From: a virus
Taxonomy: Duplodnaviria; Caudoviricetes
DNA: 64,000 nt
Virus record (IMG/VR): IMGVR_UViG_3300046776_000001
Span: 939-64,938 of that record
Reading direction: 5' to 3' (one strand)
Shown: piece after piece, positions 26,454-35,051 of the stretch
Layout of the letters: each line of letters opens with the position of its first letter
Position numbering within the stretch: the stretch's first letter is position 1
Made by a program: the position numbers and the translations under genes
The notes under the pieces: generated by a model
What the model was told of the DNA's origin: nothing
Databases searched by the model: none
The model's input: only the letters and a program-made list of their open reading frames with translations

Positions 26454-27287
26454 TTATTTTTGTGACCAAAGAGTTGGCCATGTTTTTTCTAATTCCGCTT
26501 TTGCAAACCCAAACTCTTCAATATCTTTTTTGATCTGCAATTCCGATTCAATCCATTTTTTTGCGCCGTCGTAAAAATTCTTTTTGATTTCAAAGGCATA
26601 CGGTTTTCTGTTTAACCGCAATGCCGCCACAACAGTAGAGCCGCTACCAGCAACCGGATCAATAACAACGTCGCCTTCGTCGGTGAAAATTTCTATTAGG
26701 GTTTTGAGCAGTTCAACTGGTTTTTGTGTCGGGTGTATTTTTTCGCTTTCATTATCACGTGGCCAATCCATGCAATTGAAAATCATTTTGCCTTTATTTC
26801 TAAATTTTGGCAATTTGTCGCGGTAAAGAATTAGGCCGTACTCACAATTACCGACAACCTTCATGTTTGCCTTTAGCACTTGCGCTGAAAAGTTTTTTCT
26901 AAAAACTAGATTAATATAGTTGTTTAGTCCGTATCTTTTACCTAGTTCAATAAGGCTCATTTGCTGATCGAACGCGCAAAATATAATCATGCATGGCGCG
27001 TCGCTTTTCTGCCTTGCAACGCCATCCTGTTTATCTTTTTTTTGTTCAGCGCGTAACATTGTGCTGCAAAAGTGCATAAATTCAGCAGGGCGAAAATCGT
27101 TATCAGTATCAAAAAATGTTTTTCCGGCAAGATCACTTTCGCCGTTTTTATTGTCACCATCTTGATACCATGCTGGATTAGAGGCGTATGCATTATTGCC
27201 TAAATTGTATGGAATGTCTGCAATTATTAGTTGCGCCTTTGGCACTAAGTACCGTTTATAATTTTGGAAATGGTCTCTATAAATCAT
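26454..27287 (-). CDS. DNA N6-adenine/N4-cytosine methyltransferase (beta class)
   Basis: IIADIPY, HPTQKP, DPVAGSGST motifs. Confidence 0.9.
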   Translation of the reverse strand: MIYRDHFQNYKRYLVPKAQLIIADIPYNLGNNAYASNPAWYQDGDNKNGESDLAGKTFFDTDNDFRPAEFMHFCSTMLRAEQKKDKQDGVARQKSDAPCMIIFCAFDQQMSLIELGKRYGLNNYINLVFRKNFSAQVLKANMKVVGNCEYGLILYRDKLPKFRNKGKMIFNCMDWPRDNESEKIHPTQKPVELLKTLIEIFTDEGDVVIDPVAGSGSTVVAALRLNRKPYAFEIKKNFYDGAKKWIESELQIKKDIEEFGFAKAELEKTWPTLWSQK

Positions 27288-27297
27288 TTAAGTGTGA

Positions 27298-27528
27298 TTA
27301 TTTTTTGCGCGTAACTTTTACCGCGCTTGGTGTGTGCTGGTTACTGATCGTAAACAAATAACCGCCGCCTTTTAGCGTGCTTGTTTGTTCGTCTATATCT
27401 GAAATTTTAGCGCGTTTCATCGCGGATAAAACGCGGCGTTTTATTGCGGGTGTTGCGTTTTTTACTTGCAAAACTTGTTGAGGCGCATTTTCTGTGGCTG
27501 GAATAATCCAGTAGTGCGTGTTTTTCAT
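27298..27528 (-). CDS. hypothetical phage protein
   Basis: Likely start MKNTHYW. Confidence 0.6.
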   Translation of the reverse strand: MKNTHYWIIPATENAPQQVLQVKNATPAIKRRVLSAMKRAKISDIDEQTSTLKGGGYLFTISNQHTPSAVKVTRKK

Positions 27529-27538
27529 ATAAATATTA

Positions 27539-28057
27539 TTAAAACATATCATAGTCATGCTTACTTGCATGAGTTAAGTTTTCAATGTTTATGTATTTTA
27601 TTGTGTGATTTTTCACACCTTCTTTAAACGATCTCCATTGGGATTCAAGATTTGCTCCCTCGTGGAAGTACAGAAGTTCGTTAGATATAACATAAAACGG
27701 ATCGCCGGGAGCGATTTCCACGCCATTTGGGTTTGGGTGAAAAACTCCGTCTATATTTATTGCTGGAATATAGACGGTGGTGGTCTTTGACCCTGCAGTA
27801 GGGCATAATGCAGGGTACACTCCACAATCGGGCATGTGATACGATGTGGTCATTATCTTCCAAACAACCTCACCGTCTTCTGAAACTATTTTAACACACA
27901 CATCGCCATTAAAATAAAAAAGACAATTTTTGCCATTTTTATCTATTCCTATTGTGGTGATGTACGACAAATTTACGGGCGGTTTCCCGTTTTTAAAATC
28001 ACATTCTACAAATATCTTTCCTTTGTGTGTAGTCGAAACCTTTAGTACTCCATTCAT
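27539..28057 (-). CDS. hypothetical phage protein
   Basis: 172-aa ORF behind a hairpin leader. Confidence 0.7.
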   Translation of the reverse strand: MNGVLKVSTTHKGKIFVECDFKNGKPPVNLSYITTIGIDKNGKNCLFYFNGDVCVKIVSEDGEVVWKIMTTSYHMPDCGVYPALCPTAGSKTTTVYIPAINIDGVFHPNPNGVEIAPGDPFYVISNELLYFHEGANLESQWRSFKEGVKNHTIKYINIENLTHASKHDYDMF

Positions 28058-28136
28058 TGTTTTTATATTTTAAGTTTTAAAATTCCTTCCCGCTTTTACA
28101 CGGGGCATTCCCTATGGTTCGATTAAAAAAGTGTAA

Positions 28137-28385
28137 TTATATTGCTACATACTGAATTTCCGTGCTTTCACTTGTCATTGAGCCATTGCCCCAAACAGCA
28201 CACAAAACACCATCTATTTCAGCAGTAGCAAACCAACTTTCGGGATGACTGGTATCGCCGTCAAATCCTTCGTGACTTGTTAGTGTGTCAATCGCTACCT
28301 GTGGATTGTATTGGTCAATAAATTCAACATCATTCCATTGTATTAGAAATGATGCCTTTGTGCAGTTTAAATCAAATTTTGCCAT
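28137..28385 (-). CDS. hypothetical acidic protein
   Basis: 82-aa ORF behind a promoter cassette. Confidence 0.7.
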   Translation of the reverse strand: MAKFDLNCTKASFLIQWNDVEFIDQYNPQVAIDTLTSHEGFDGDTSHPESWFATAEIDGVLCAVWGNGSMTSESTEIQYVAI

Positions 28386-28399
28386 GATATTTAAATTTT

Positions 28400-28515
28400 A
28401 AGTGAGTGAATAAATACGCTTACCGCGTTTTGATAGGTCAAAGATACTACGCTACTACATTACGGTGGTAACATTTAATCATTTATTTTTCAAAAAAAGT
28501 GTTAAAGTTTTTTCT
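28400..28515 (-). promoter_or_regulatory. Early promoter cassette (TATCTTTG 28439-28446; operator degenerate)
   Basis: Repeated cassette. Confidence 0.75.
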
Positions 28516-28527
28516 ATTATTTTTATT

Positions 28528-28953
28528 TTAAATAAAAAAATCATTTAATGTAAACCCTGACATAGCCAACCAATTGTCTCTGTGCAAAGTTTCCCCGTAA
28601 AACACTCCATTATAAACTTTACCTAAAGCATTAGGTAAAACCTCTATTGTTTTTATAGAGATTTCATTTGCCTTGAGCAAAGCATTTAATGGAATGTGTT
28701 CATACCCTATAAAGGTGTCAGCGACAACCTTGTTGATTGGCTGTTTTAAACCTTTAAAATAAGTCCAATCATTTTTTTGCGCACATTGATGCGCGGCAGC
28801 GCAAAACTCTTGGTATTTTGCCTCTTTAATCCAATCTTGGAAAGTCCCTGTAATTTCAGACTTGAAATACAGTTCAGCAGTTTTGAATAAATACCCTTCC
28901 TGCTTACCATTAACGTAATATGGTATTTCGTACTCAATTACTAATTTTTTCAT
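28528..28953 (-). CDS. hypothetical phage protein
   Basis: 141-aa ORF behind a promoter cassette. Confidence 0.75.
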   Translation of the reverse strand: MKKLVIEYEIPYYVNGKQEGYLFKTAELYFKSEITGTFQDWIKEAKYQEFCAAAHQCAQKNDWTYFKGLKQPINKVVADTFIGYEHIPLNALLKANEISIKTIEVLPNALGKVYNGVFYGETLHRDNWLAMSGFTLNDFFI

Positions 28954-28967
28954 ATTATACTTTATAT

Positions 28968-29110
28968 TTAAGTTTGATTTGATGCGCTTACCGCGTTTTG
29001 TTAAGACAAAGGTAATATCCTTTTGTATTAAAGTGGTAACAAAAACAAAACTATTTTCAGTTTTTATTTTTCAGAAAATAATGAAAGTTTGTAAGTGATT
29101 GATAATGAAC
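28968..29110 (-). promoter_or_regulatory. Early promoter cassette (TACCTTTG 29007-29014; operator 29069-29086)
   Basis: Repeated cassette. Confidence 0.8.
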
Positions 29111-29213
29111 TAAATAAAAAAAGCGCAATGAAAATAATTTTTATTAAAAATGTTTGCGCAATGAAATTGATTGCAATTATTTACCTTTGTGCTATTAATT
29201 AAAACTACATTTT

Positions 29214-29522
29214 ATGGATTTTAAAGAACTGAAAAATGAATTTGCTATTGAGAATGGCTATGTGGGCTGACATGAAATTGAAGACGATCACAAATTGGGT
29301 GATGTGTGCGAAGATTTTGCCCAATTTTGCTTAATTGCGAAAGATGAACATTTGGGCGAATTAGGGCAAATTGTCGATAAAATAGACAATTTGAACCGCG
29401 CATTGATAATGCCAATGAACTCACAATTTCAGGTAGATCAAATAAAAGCGCAACTTTTAGAACTATCAAAGAAGGTAAAAAATATTTATACACAATTAGG
29501 TGGCGAAGATGTTTGGGACTAG
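29214..29522 (+). pseudogene. plus-strand gene with an in-frame TGA at codon 19 (29268-29270)
   Basis: MDFKELKNEFAIENGYVG*HEIEDDHKLGDVCEDF...; own promoter TACCTTTG at 29182-29189 and terminator at 29528-29562. Confidence 0.6.
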
Positions 29523-29527
29523 CAAAT

Positions 29528-29562
29528 AAAAAAGCGCAAAGGTTTGCACCCCGCGCTTTTTT
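29528..29562. terminator. Bidirectional intrinsic terminator between the late operon and the plus-strand gene
   Basis: AAAAAAGCGC...GCGCTTTTTT. Confidence 0.7.
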
Positions 29563-29592
29563 GGATTAAAATTTCTGTCTTATGCTTAATAT

Positions 29593-31047
29593 CTAATTTT
29601 TTGGAAAGTGCCGCAACTGGTCATTTGTCCATGTTACTACATTGCCGTTACTGTCGCTTCCTGTTATTCGAGTGACGTTAATATTTAACTTTGTCTTATA
29701 CTGCGTATAGACTAGCAATTCTGCAAAGTAGGCCGACCAGTACAGCGCGTCCGCAAAGTCCGAACCCTGAGCAAGTACAAGCCCCCTGTTGGCAAATACA
29801 AGCGTACTAAACGCATCGGTAATTCTTTTGCGCTCTACGTCTGCATTGGTATTGCTATTTACAGATAGTTCAATTTCGGAAATTGTCACAAATTTGGTAC
29901 TATTCGCCTTGATTGTTTTACTGCTTAGTCTTTGTATTTGCGGTATGGCAGACGGCACTTGCTTCCTAGGTAGCGGCGTACTAGGTAACGGTATATTTTC
30001 GCCCCAATACATTTTATAGTCGTTTTTAAAACCTAGCGTGTAAATTCGTATTGGGCGCACCGGATCGCCCGGTGGTGTTGGCGGTGGCGTTGGCGGTACA
30101 ACCGTGCCGGGTCTAGTATTTAAAACCGCCTCTATTAGTGCGATACCGTACCCAGTACCGTTATCTTTGCCCGTCGGTGCTATGTCCCTAGAAACAGCCG
30201 CTAAATACGTTTTAACCGCCGTGTAATTAGACAATAAATCACCCCATTTAGATATTGCAATAGCGACCACGCCCGACAAAAAAGGCGTTGCCATGCTTGT
30301 ACCGCTTATTGTAGCGTATTGATTATTTAACCAGCAACTTTGAATACTTCGCCCCGGCTGCGCGTTCCACACCTGTACGCCTTGTGTGCTGTATGACGAA
30401 CGACCGCCTGATTGATCGAGCGAAGCGCACGTAATTGAGTACTGAGACGAACCCGGGTATTGTACGCCTTCGCCGCCTGTATTACCCGCTGCAATGCAGT
30501 ACACGCCGCCCAAATCTGTTATTGCTTTCATTGCCGCCTCCACGTTACCAATAGCCGCCGTGTTGCCGCCAAACGAGCCTGAAACAACCGTGCGTATTCC
30601 TGCTGCTTTTCTTGCTCTATCTTTCGAAAGTTGATCTACCTCGCACAACCTAAACCACTCGAAAGAGCCGCCGCCCGTTGCCCCTAAAATCTGGTCAAAC
30701 TCGAAAGTAAGAACGCCCGACTTTACAAGGTCGAACGCAATGCCAAAATCCTGCGCAAAGATAATTCCGCCCACGTGCGTACCGTGTCCGTTGCGATCAA
30801 TGCCCCGAGCATCGGTGGTGTAATTAAACCCCGCCTGTTTGCCCTGCTGCAATTGCGCGTGGTCGGTATCCATTGCGGTATCAACTACCCTAATATGTAC
30901 CTTGTTTTTGCATTCCGCTGCAATGCGATTACGGAGCGCGTTTAGTTTGTGCTGTTCCGCACCCCAATTCGATACTAATACCCGTGTGCCGTCCCGTTTA
31001 GTTACACCGCTTTCGATGTTTTGCGGAAATTCACCGGGCTGGGGCAA
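29593..31047 (-). CDS. S8 subtilisin-family serine protease (frame open upstream to 31197)
   Basis: VVDTAMD, NGHGTHVGGII, AAGN, ISGTSMATP catalytic motifs; Pro-rich linker and C-terminal domain. Confidence 0.9.
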   Translation of the reverse strand: MPQPGEFPQNIESGVTKRDGTRVLVSNWGAEQHKLNALRNRIAAECKNKVHIRVVDTAMDTDHAQLQQGKQAGFNYTTDARGIDRNGHGTHVGGIIFAQDFGIAFDLVKSGVLTFEFDQILGATGGGSFEWFRLCEVDQLSKDRARKAAGIRTVVSGSFGGNTAAIGNVEAAMKAITDLGGVYCIAAGNTGGEGVQYPGSSQYSITCASLDQSGGRSSYSTQGVQVWNAQPGRSIQSCWLNNQYATISGTSMATPFLSGVVAIAISKWGDLLSNYTAVKTYLAAVSRDIAPTGKDNGTGYGIALIEAVLNTRPGTVVPPTPPPTPPGDPVRPIRIYTLGFKNDYKMYWGENIPLPSTPLPRKQVPSAIPQIQRLSSKTIKANSTKFVTISEIELSVNSNTNADVERKRITDAFSTLVFANRGLVLAQGSDFADALYWSAYFAELLVYTQYKTKLNINVTRITGSDSNGNVVTWTNDQLRHFPKN

Positions 31048-31124
31048 AATCTCGAAAGTATCCTTTTCAAGTTGCTGAACCTGCTCTATGTACGCGCTCC
31101 GTAAATTCCTGTTAGTCTGCCCGC

Positions 31125-31580
31125 TTAAATTAGGGCAAAAAAAAACAGTACAAAAATTGTCGTAACTGCTGCGGGCGTTTTGGGTAGTTGCGCGTTTTTA
31201 AACACGTTCCACAAAATTGTAGCCAAACTTATTAACGCTGTTAAAATTCCCTGCCAGTTACCGCCAATTCCGGCTTCTATCGCCGCCCGTAACGCTGTAA
31301 AAACATCGGGCGTTAAAACAGGGAACAGTGCAATAAAGATAGTAGAAAGGTAGTTCCACGTGTTAGAATTTTGTATCCATTTAACGGGCGAAAACTCTGC
31401 CGTTTTAAAGAATACTCGAAACGCGCCCACGCTACCAATTAAGGTAAACAAAGACGCAACGACCTTTTCTGCTTCGCCTTTTGGAAAACCTACGAATAGG
31501 CCACCGATCAAAAGCTTTAATGTTTCGCCCGTTAGTGGGGTTTTTACGGGCGTTGCTCCGCCTCTTTTTTTGTCTGTCAT
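31125..31580 (-). CDS. holin-like multi-TM protein
   Basis: 4-5 hydrophobic helices; lies in the lysis cassette. Confidence 0.55.
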   Translation of the reverse strand: MTDKKRGGATPVKTPLTGETLKLLIGGLFVGFPKGEAEKVVASLFTLIGSVGAFRVFFKTAEFSPVKWIQNSNTWNYLSTIFIALFPVLTPDVFTALRAAIEAGIGGNWQGILTALISLATILWNVFKNAQLPKTPAAVTTIFVLFFFALI

Positions 31581-31584
31581 AATA

Positions 31585-31845
31585 TTATTTAGATTTTTTC
31601 CTACTTTTCGCAGGCTGTGAAAAACTTTCTAGTGTTGCCTGCATTTCCGCTACCTGTATTGATAGGTTTAGGCGGTCGCTTTCGCATATATGCAAGCGGT
31701 TAGCAACTAACTGTATTTCAGACCTCAATTCCGTCTTTTGTTCTTTTAGTTGCTCGTTTAAATACCAAACTAAAGCACATAGCAGCACCACTATAATACT
31801 TTGTTCTAATATCTTTTTTTGTAATTCCGTCATTAGTTGAATCAT
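31585..31845 (-). CDS. single-TM coiled-coil lysis-cassette protein (holin/i-spanin-like)
   Basis: N-terminal TM followed by a coiled coil. Confidence 0.5.
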   Translation of the reverse strand: MIQLMTELQKKILEQSIIVVLLCALVWYLNEQLKEQKTELRSEIQLVANRLHICESDRLNLSIQVAEMQATLESFSQPAKSRKKSK

Positions 31846-31898
31846 TACAGCACGGTCGTTTTATTACTTACTGTAATATAAAAACCGTGCCAAATTTT

Positions 31899-32231
31899 TT
31901 ATTTAACTTCTAAGTGCTTGACTTGTTCGCGCAAATTAGCCGCAACAATGTTGCGTAATTTAATCGCGCCTTTGAATTTAAACTTTAGACAATCCTTCTT
32001 TATCACTTCTTTTCCGTTTGTGACATACCTGCGACCTATGCAAGCCGCAAGACGGAACGTTCCTATGTCGTCAAGGACAACGGCGTTAACGCCTTTGCCC
32101 GCCGCCTCGGCAATGTTCTGAAACGCTAAATTTATAACGTCGCGCAAAACATCCTCGTCAAGTCCTGTTTGGCTTTCGAGGCGTTTTGCTAGGTCGGTTA
32201 AATCATAATAACCTTTTACTAATTCACTCAT
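31899..32231 (-). CDS. HU/IHF-family DNA-binding protein
   Basis: V.L..IGTF.L....GRRY......I.....LKFK....L pattern. Confidence 0.7.
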   Translation of the reverse strand: MSELVKGYYDLTDLAKRLESQTGLDEDVLRDVINLAFQNIAEAAGKGVNAVVLDDIGTFRLAACIGRRYVTNGKEVIKKDCLKFKFKGAIKLRNIVAANLREQVKHLEVK

Positions 32232-32236
32232 AATAG

Positions 32237-32710
32237 TTATTTTTTATTGTTATTTAATCTTGTGTATTTTGCGCTTCCGTCTTTGCGCCTTGTTGCAATT
32301 ATCGCGCTTTGTCGGTTTTTGCGGCGTGTTGTGTACGAAATATGTACCCAATCGTCAAACTCCTGTATGACTTGATCGAACACGATACCCGATGCAAGTA
32401 TAAATTCAAACAATTGTTGCGGCGTGTAACCTTTTGCGTGTATGTCTGCTGCCTCACCTCGTAAATGCTGCGAATTTGGCGCACCCCTTATTTCTTTATG
32501 CGAATTTAACGCCCTACACCTAAACCCGCTCGAAATCCGAACAGGTACGCCCAACTTGTCGCGTAAGGGCTGTAAAACGTTTTTGCATAAAGCGGTTAAA
32601 GCGGCTAATTGTTTTTCGTTTGGGACGTTTTCTATTCCTTCACGTGCTGCAATGTCGCTATGTATCATTTCGCGCAAACTGAAATTTGCGGTAATCATTA
32701 TGTCTGTCAT
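32237..32710 (-). CDS. endolysin, peptidase M15 family
   Basis: NFSL.E, SGFRC..LN, SQH..GEAADI, DQVIQE..WVHISY. Confidence 0.9.
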   Translation of the reverse strand: MTDIMITANFSLREMIHSDIAAREGIENVPNEKQLAALTALCKNVLQPLRDKLGVPVRISSGFRCRALNSHKEIRGAPNSQHLRGEAADIHAKGYTPQQLFEFILASGIVFDQVIQEFDDWVHISYTTRRKNRQSAIIATRRKDGSAKYTRLNNNKK

Positions 32711-32715
32711 AGTCT

Positions 32716-34272
32716 TTATTTGCTGAAAATTATAACTACATACCCAGCACCGCCATTTCCGCCGCGACCCGATGCAAACCCGTTAACGGATGCCGCTCCG
32801 CCGCCGCCGCCGCCGCCCTGCGTAGCATCTCCACCCCTGCCAGCCGCCGCTACTGCATTAGATCCGCCGCCGCCCGCGCCTGGTCTTGCGTACGAAAAGC
32901 CTGTTGACGCGCTCGGTAAACCGTCGTTTGTCCCTGACGCACCGCCAAGTCCGCCTACTTGCTGAGCCGCGTTACAAGAGCCACCGTTGCCGCCAGCCGC
33001 CGACGCATTAAAGGTCGATATGCCACCACCAGAGCCGCCGCCGCTTGCTCCAATTGCACTTACCGCCGCTGCTGGATTGCCTGATAATCCGGTTGTATTT
33101 GCCGCCGCGCCAGCACCGCCAGCAAACATTCCTATTGTTCCTGCCGCACCTGCTGATCCCGCCGACGTTGTTCCGCCGCTACCGCCTGAGCCGCCAATTG
33201 CAGATATAAAAATATTTGAAACGCCGCTCGACGTTGCAATAAAACTTGATCCGCCGCCCGCTCCCGAAAGTCCGTTGCTTGAAATTGTTGCTTGTGCTGC
33301 ACCGCCAGTACCACCAACCCCAACCCTAACAAAAAAAGACGTAGGGTTTCCAAGCATAGAAAGAGAAAAAGTTCCAAATGAAAGCGCGCCGCCGCCGCCG
33401 CCGCCGCCGCCGCACCTAGCACTACCCGCTAATCCTTGCCTACCAGAACCGCCGCCGCCGCCGCCGCCTACTACATAGGTAGTTGCTTTTTTTGCCCATG
33501 TCGGCACTGTTATTTCTGTTTCCGTTACTGCTGTGCTTAATATAATTGTTGTGTCTGTTATGCCGCCGCCGCCGCCCGTGCTTGTTACCGTTGCCACCCC
33601 TGCCGTCGTAGAAACTGAAATTCCAGAACCCGCCGCAATACTAATAATTGGTATCGTTACACCCGTGCCGCCTGAAATTCCTAAAGCCTGACCTGTTAAA
33701 GATAGGTTTTGATTAGTATTAGGCGCGGTATTTGATATTACATTAAAATCTGAAATTTCGATGCCGCTACCAGCCGTGTAAGACGCTCCACCGCCTGTAT
33801 TTGTTATTGTGCTTGTATTGTTTGTCGTAGAAACGGAAATTCCGCTACCCGCCACAATTGAAACAATTGGCAACGCCTGTTGTATATTTAATTGCAGTGT
33901 GCTATCTTCTACCCATGCCCCTATCTTTTGCAAAAAGTTTGCAGTCGGCTTTGTGGCCGTAAATGTGCCGCCTGTTCCTAAAAAATAGTCTTTGCCTTTT
34001 TCGAGCGCAAACCCTTGTAGTGTGCCGCCGTACGATACCTGTATTGTGTCATTCGCAGCAAACGCCGTATCTATTGCAATAGCGACCGCCGCGCTGTCTA
34101 TTTTTGTATTGCTTGCTCTCCATGCCTTGCCCGCTGTAATCCTAACAAGCGTCCAATTAGGGATTGCTTCGCCCGCCAAAATGGTTGTGACGTTGTTTGC
34201 CCCAATGATGCGTCTTTGTGCCGTTACCGAAAAGCAGCAAAAAAGAGCCAAAATAATAATGATGTACTTCAT
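32716..34272 (-). CDS. glycine-rich fibre-like protein with N-terminal signal peptide
   Basis: MKYIIIILALFCCFSVTA|Q; Gly-rich C-terminal domain ending GGAGYVVIIFSK. Confidence 0.75.
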   Translation of the reverse strand: MKYIIIILALFCCFSVTAQRRIIGANNVTTILAGEAIPNWTLVRITAGKAWRASNTKIDSAAVAIAIDTAFAANDTIQVSYGGTLQGFALEKGKDYFLGTGGTFTATKPTANFLQKIGAWVEDSTLQLNIQQALPIVSIVAGSGISVSTTNNTSTITNTGGGASYTAGSGIEISDFNVISNTAPNTNQNLSLTGQALGISGGTGVTIPIISIAAGSGISVSTTAGVATVTSTGGGGGITDTTIILSTAVTETEITVPTWAKKATTYVVGGGGGGGSGRQGLAGSARCGGGGGGGGALSFGTFSLSMLGNPTSFFVRVGVGGTGGAAQATISSNGLSGAGGGSSFIATSSGVSNIFISAIGGSGGSGGTTSAGSAGAAGTIGMFAGGAGAAANTTGLSGNPAAAVSAIGASGGGSGGGISTFNASAAGGNGGSCNAAQQVGGLGGASGTNDGLPSASTGFSYARPGAGGGGSNAVAAAGRGGDATQGGGGGGGAASVNGFASGRGGNGGAGYVVIIFSK

Positions 34273-34276
34273 GTCT

Positions 34277-35050
34277 TTAATTTCGTATGTAGTAATAAGC
34301 GGCACTTTTTGAAATGGCAGACGCGGCAAACGAAATGCCAAAATCTACTGCATAGTGCCACCATTTTTGATTTGCTTTTGCACCTCCAATGCCTAATGTT
34401 ATGCCGCCTGTTATATATCCAACTTTGCGCGTGTCGTCGGCAAAATGATAAAAATCATTTGCGCCCGTCCATTTTATAAAACCCGACTTAAATCCCTTTT
34501 CGGGATCGCCGCCCACATAAACAGATCGCCAACTTTCAGAACCCCAAAAACCTGTTTTACTTGCGTTCCATTTGCGCTCAAATGATGTGCGCCCGTCGTG
34601 TAGGTATCCCTCTAGTAATCCATCAAACGCGCTACCGACCGCAACCAATGACCAGCCTACTATTTTTGTACGGGTTATTTTGTATGTGCTTGCAACCGTT
34701 CGCAATTTGCGGACATCTTGCGGTTTTTGCTGTGGTGTAAGATCGCGGTAACCGTTCGGGTGAAAAGTGCGCGTTTCGGCTGTGATAAATAGGTCACGAC
34801 CGCCAACGCTTAAAGGCGTGTTCATTATATAACCGCCCGTAATTCTAGGCAATTCGCCTATGTAAACTAAACAGGTATCGCAATTCCAGTTTTCCGAAAG
34901 AACACCCGTACCGCCTTGTACTGTGTTGGTTTTACTGGTAACGACAATCGTGTCGTTACCAAAATAAACGCCGCCAAAAATTGGTTTTAATTCTTGCCCC
35001 TGTGCAGATGGGCTGCACAACAAAATAAGTATTGTTATGTATTTTTTCAT
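34277..35050 (-). CDS. signal-peptide protein with hydrophobic C-terminal segments
   Basis: MKKYITILILLCSPSAQG|Q; the track extension to 35176 overlaps the upstream gene. Confidence 0.7.
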   Translation of the reverse strand: MKKYITILILLCSPSAQGQELKPIFGGVYFGNDTIVVTSKTNTVQGGTGVLSENWNCDTCLVYIGELPRITGGYIMNTPLSVGGRDLFITAETRTFHPNGYRDLTPQQKPQDVRKLRTVASTYKITRTKIVGWSLVAVGSAFDGLLEGYLHDGRTSFERKWNASKTGFWGSESWRSVYVGGDPEKGFKSGFIKWTGANDFYHFADDTRKVGYITGGITLGIGGAKANQKWWHYAVDFGISFAASAISKSAAYYYIRN

Positions 35051-35051
35051 C

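Noticed and set aside
10-29110. Early repeats as a CRISPR array or integron attC array
   Set aside because: Spacing is irregular (0.3-10 kb), the repeats are degenerate and match promoter consensus, and no cas or integrase gene is present in the window.
29268-29270. Genome-wide UGA recoding
   Set aside because: Only one in-frame TGA; other genes end at TGA with ATGA coupling, and long genes are intact under the standard code.
31899-32231. HU/IHF gene inside the lysis cassette as a novelty
   Set aside because: Phage-encoded HU/IHF homologues are common; kept as a feature only.
32800-33570. (CCG)n microsatellites as phase-variable repeats, and the Pro-rich plus-strand ORFs here
   Set aside because: They are poly-Gly GGC codon runs of the minus-strand fibre gene; the plus-strand ORFs are its antisense shadows.
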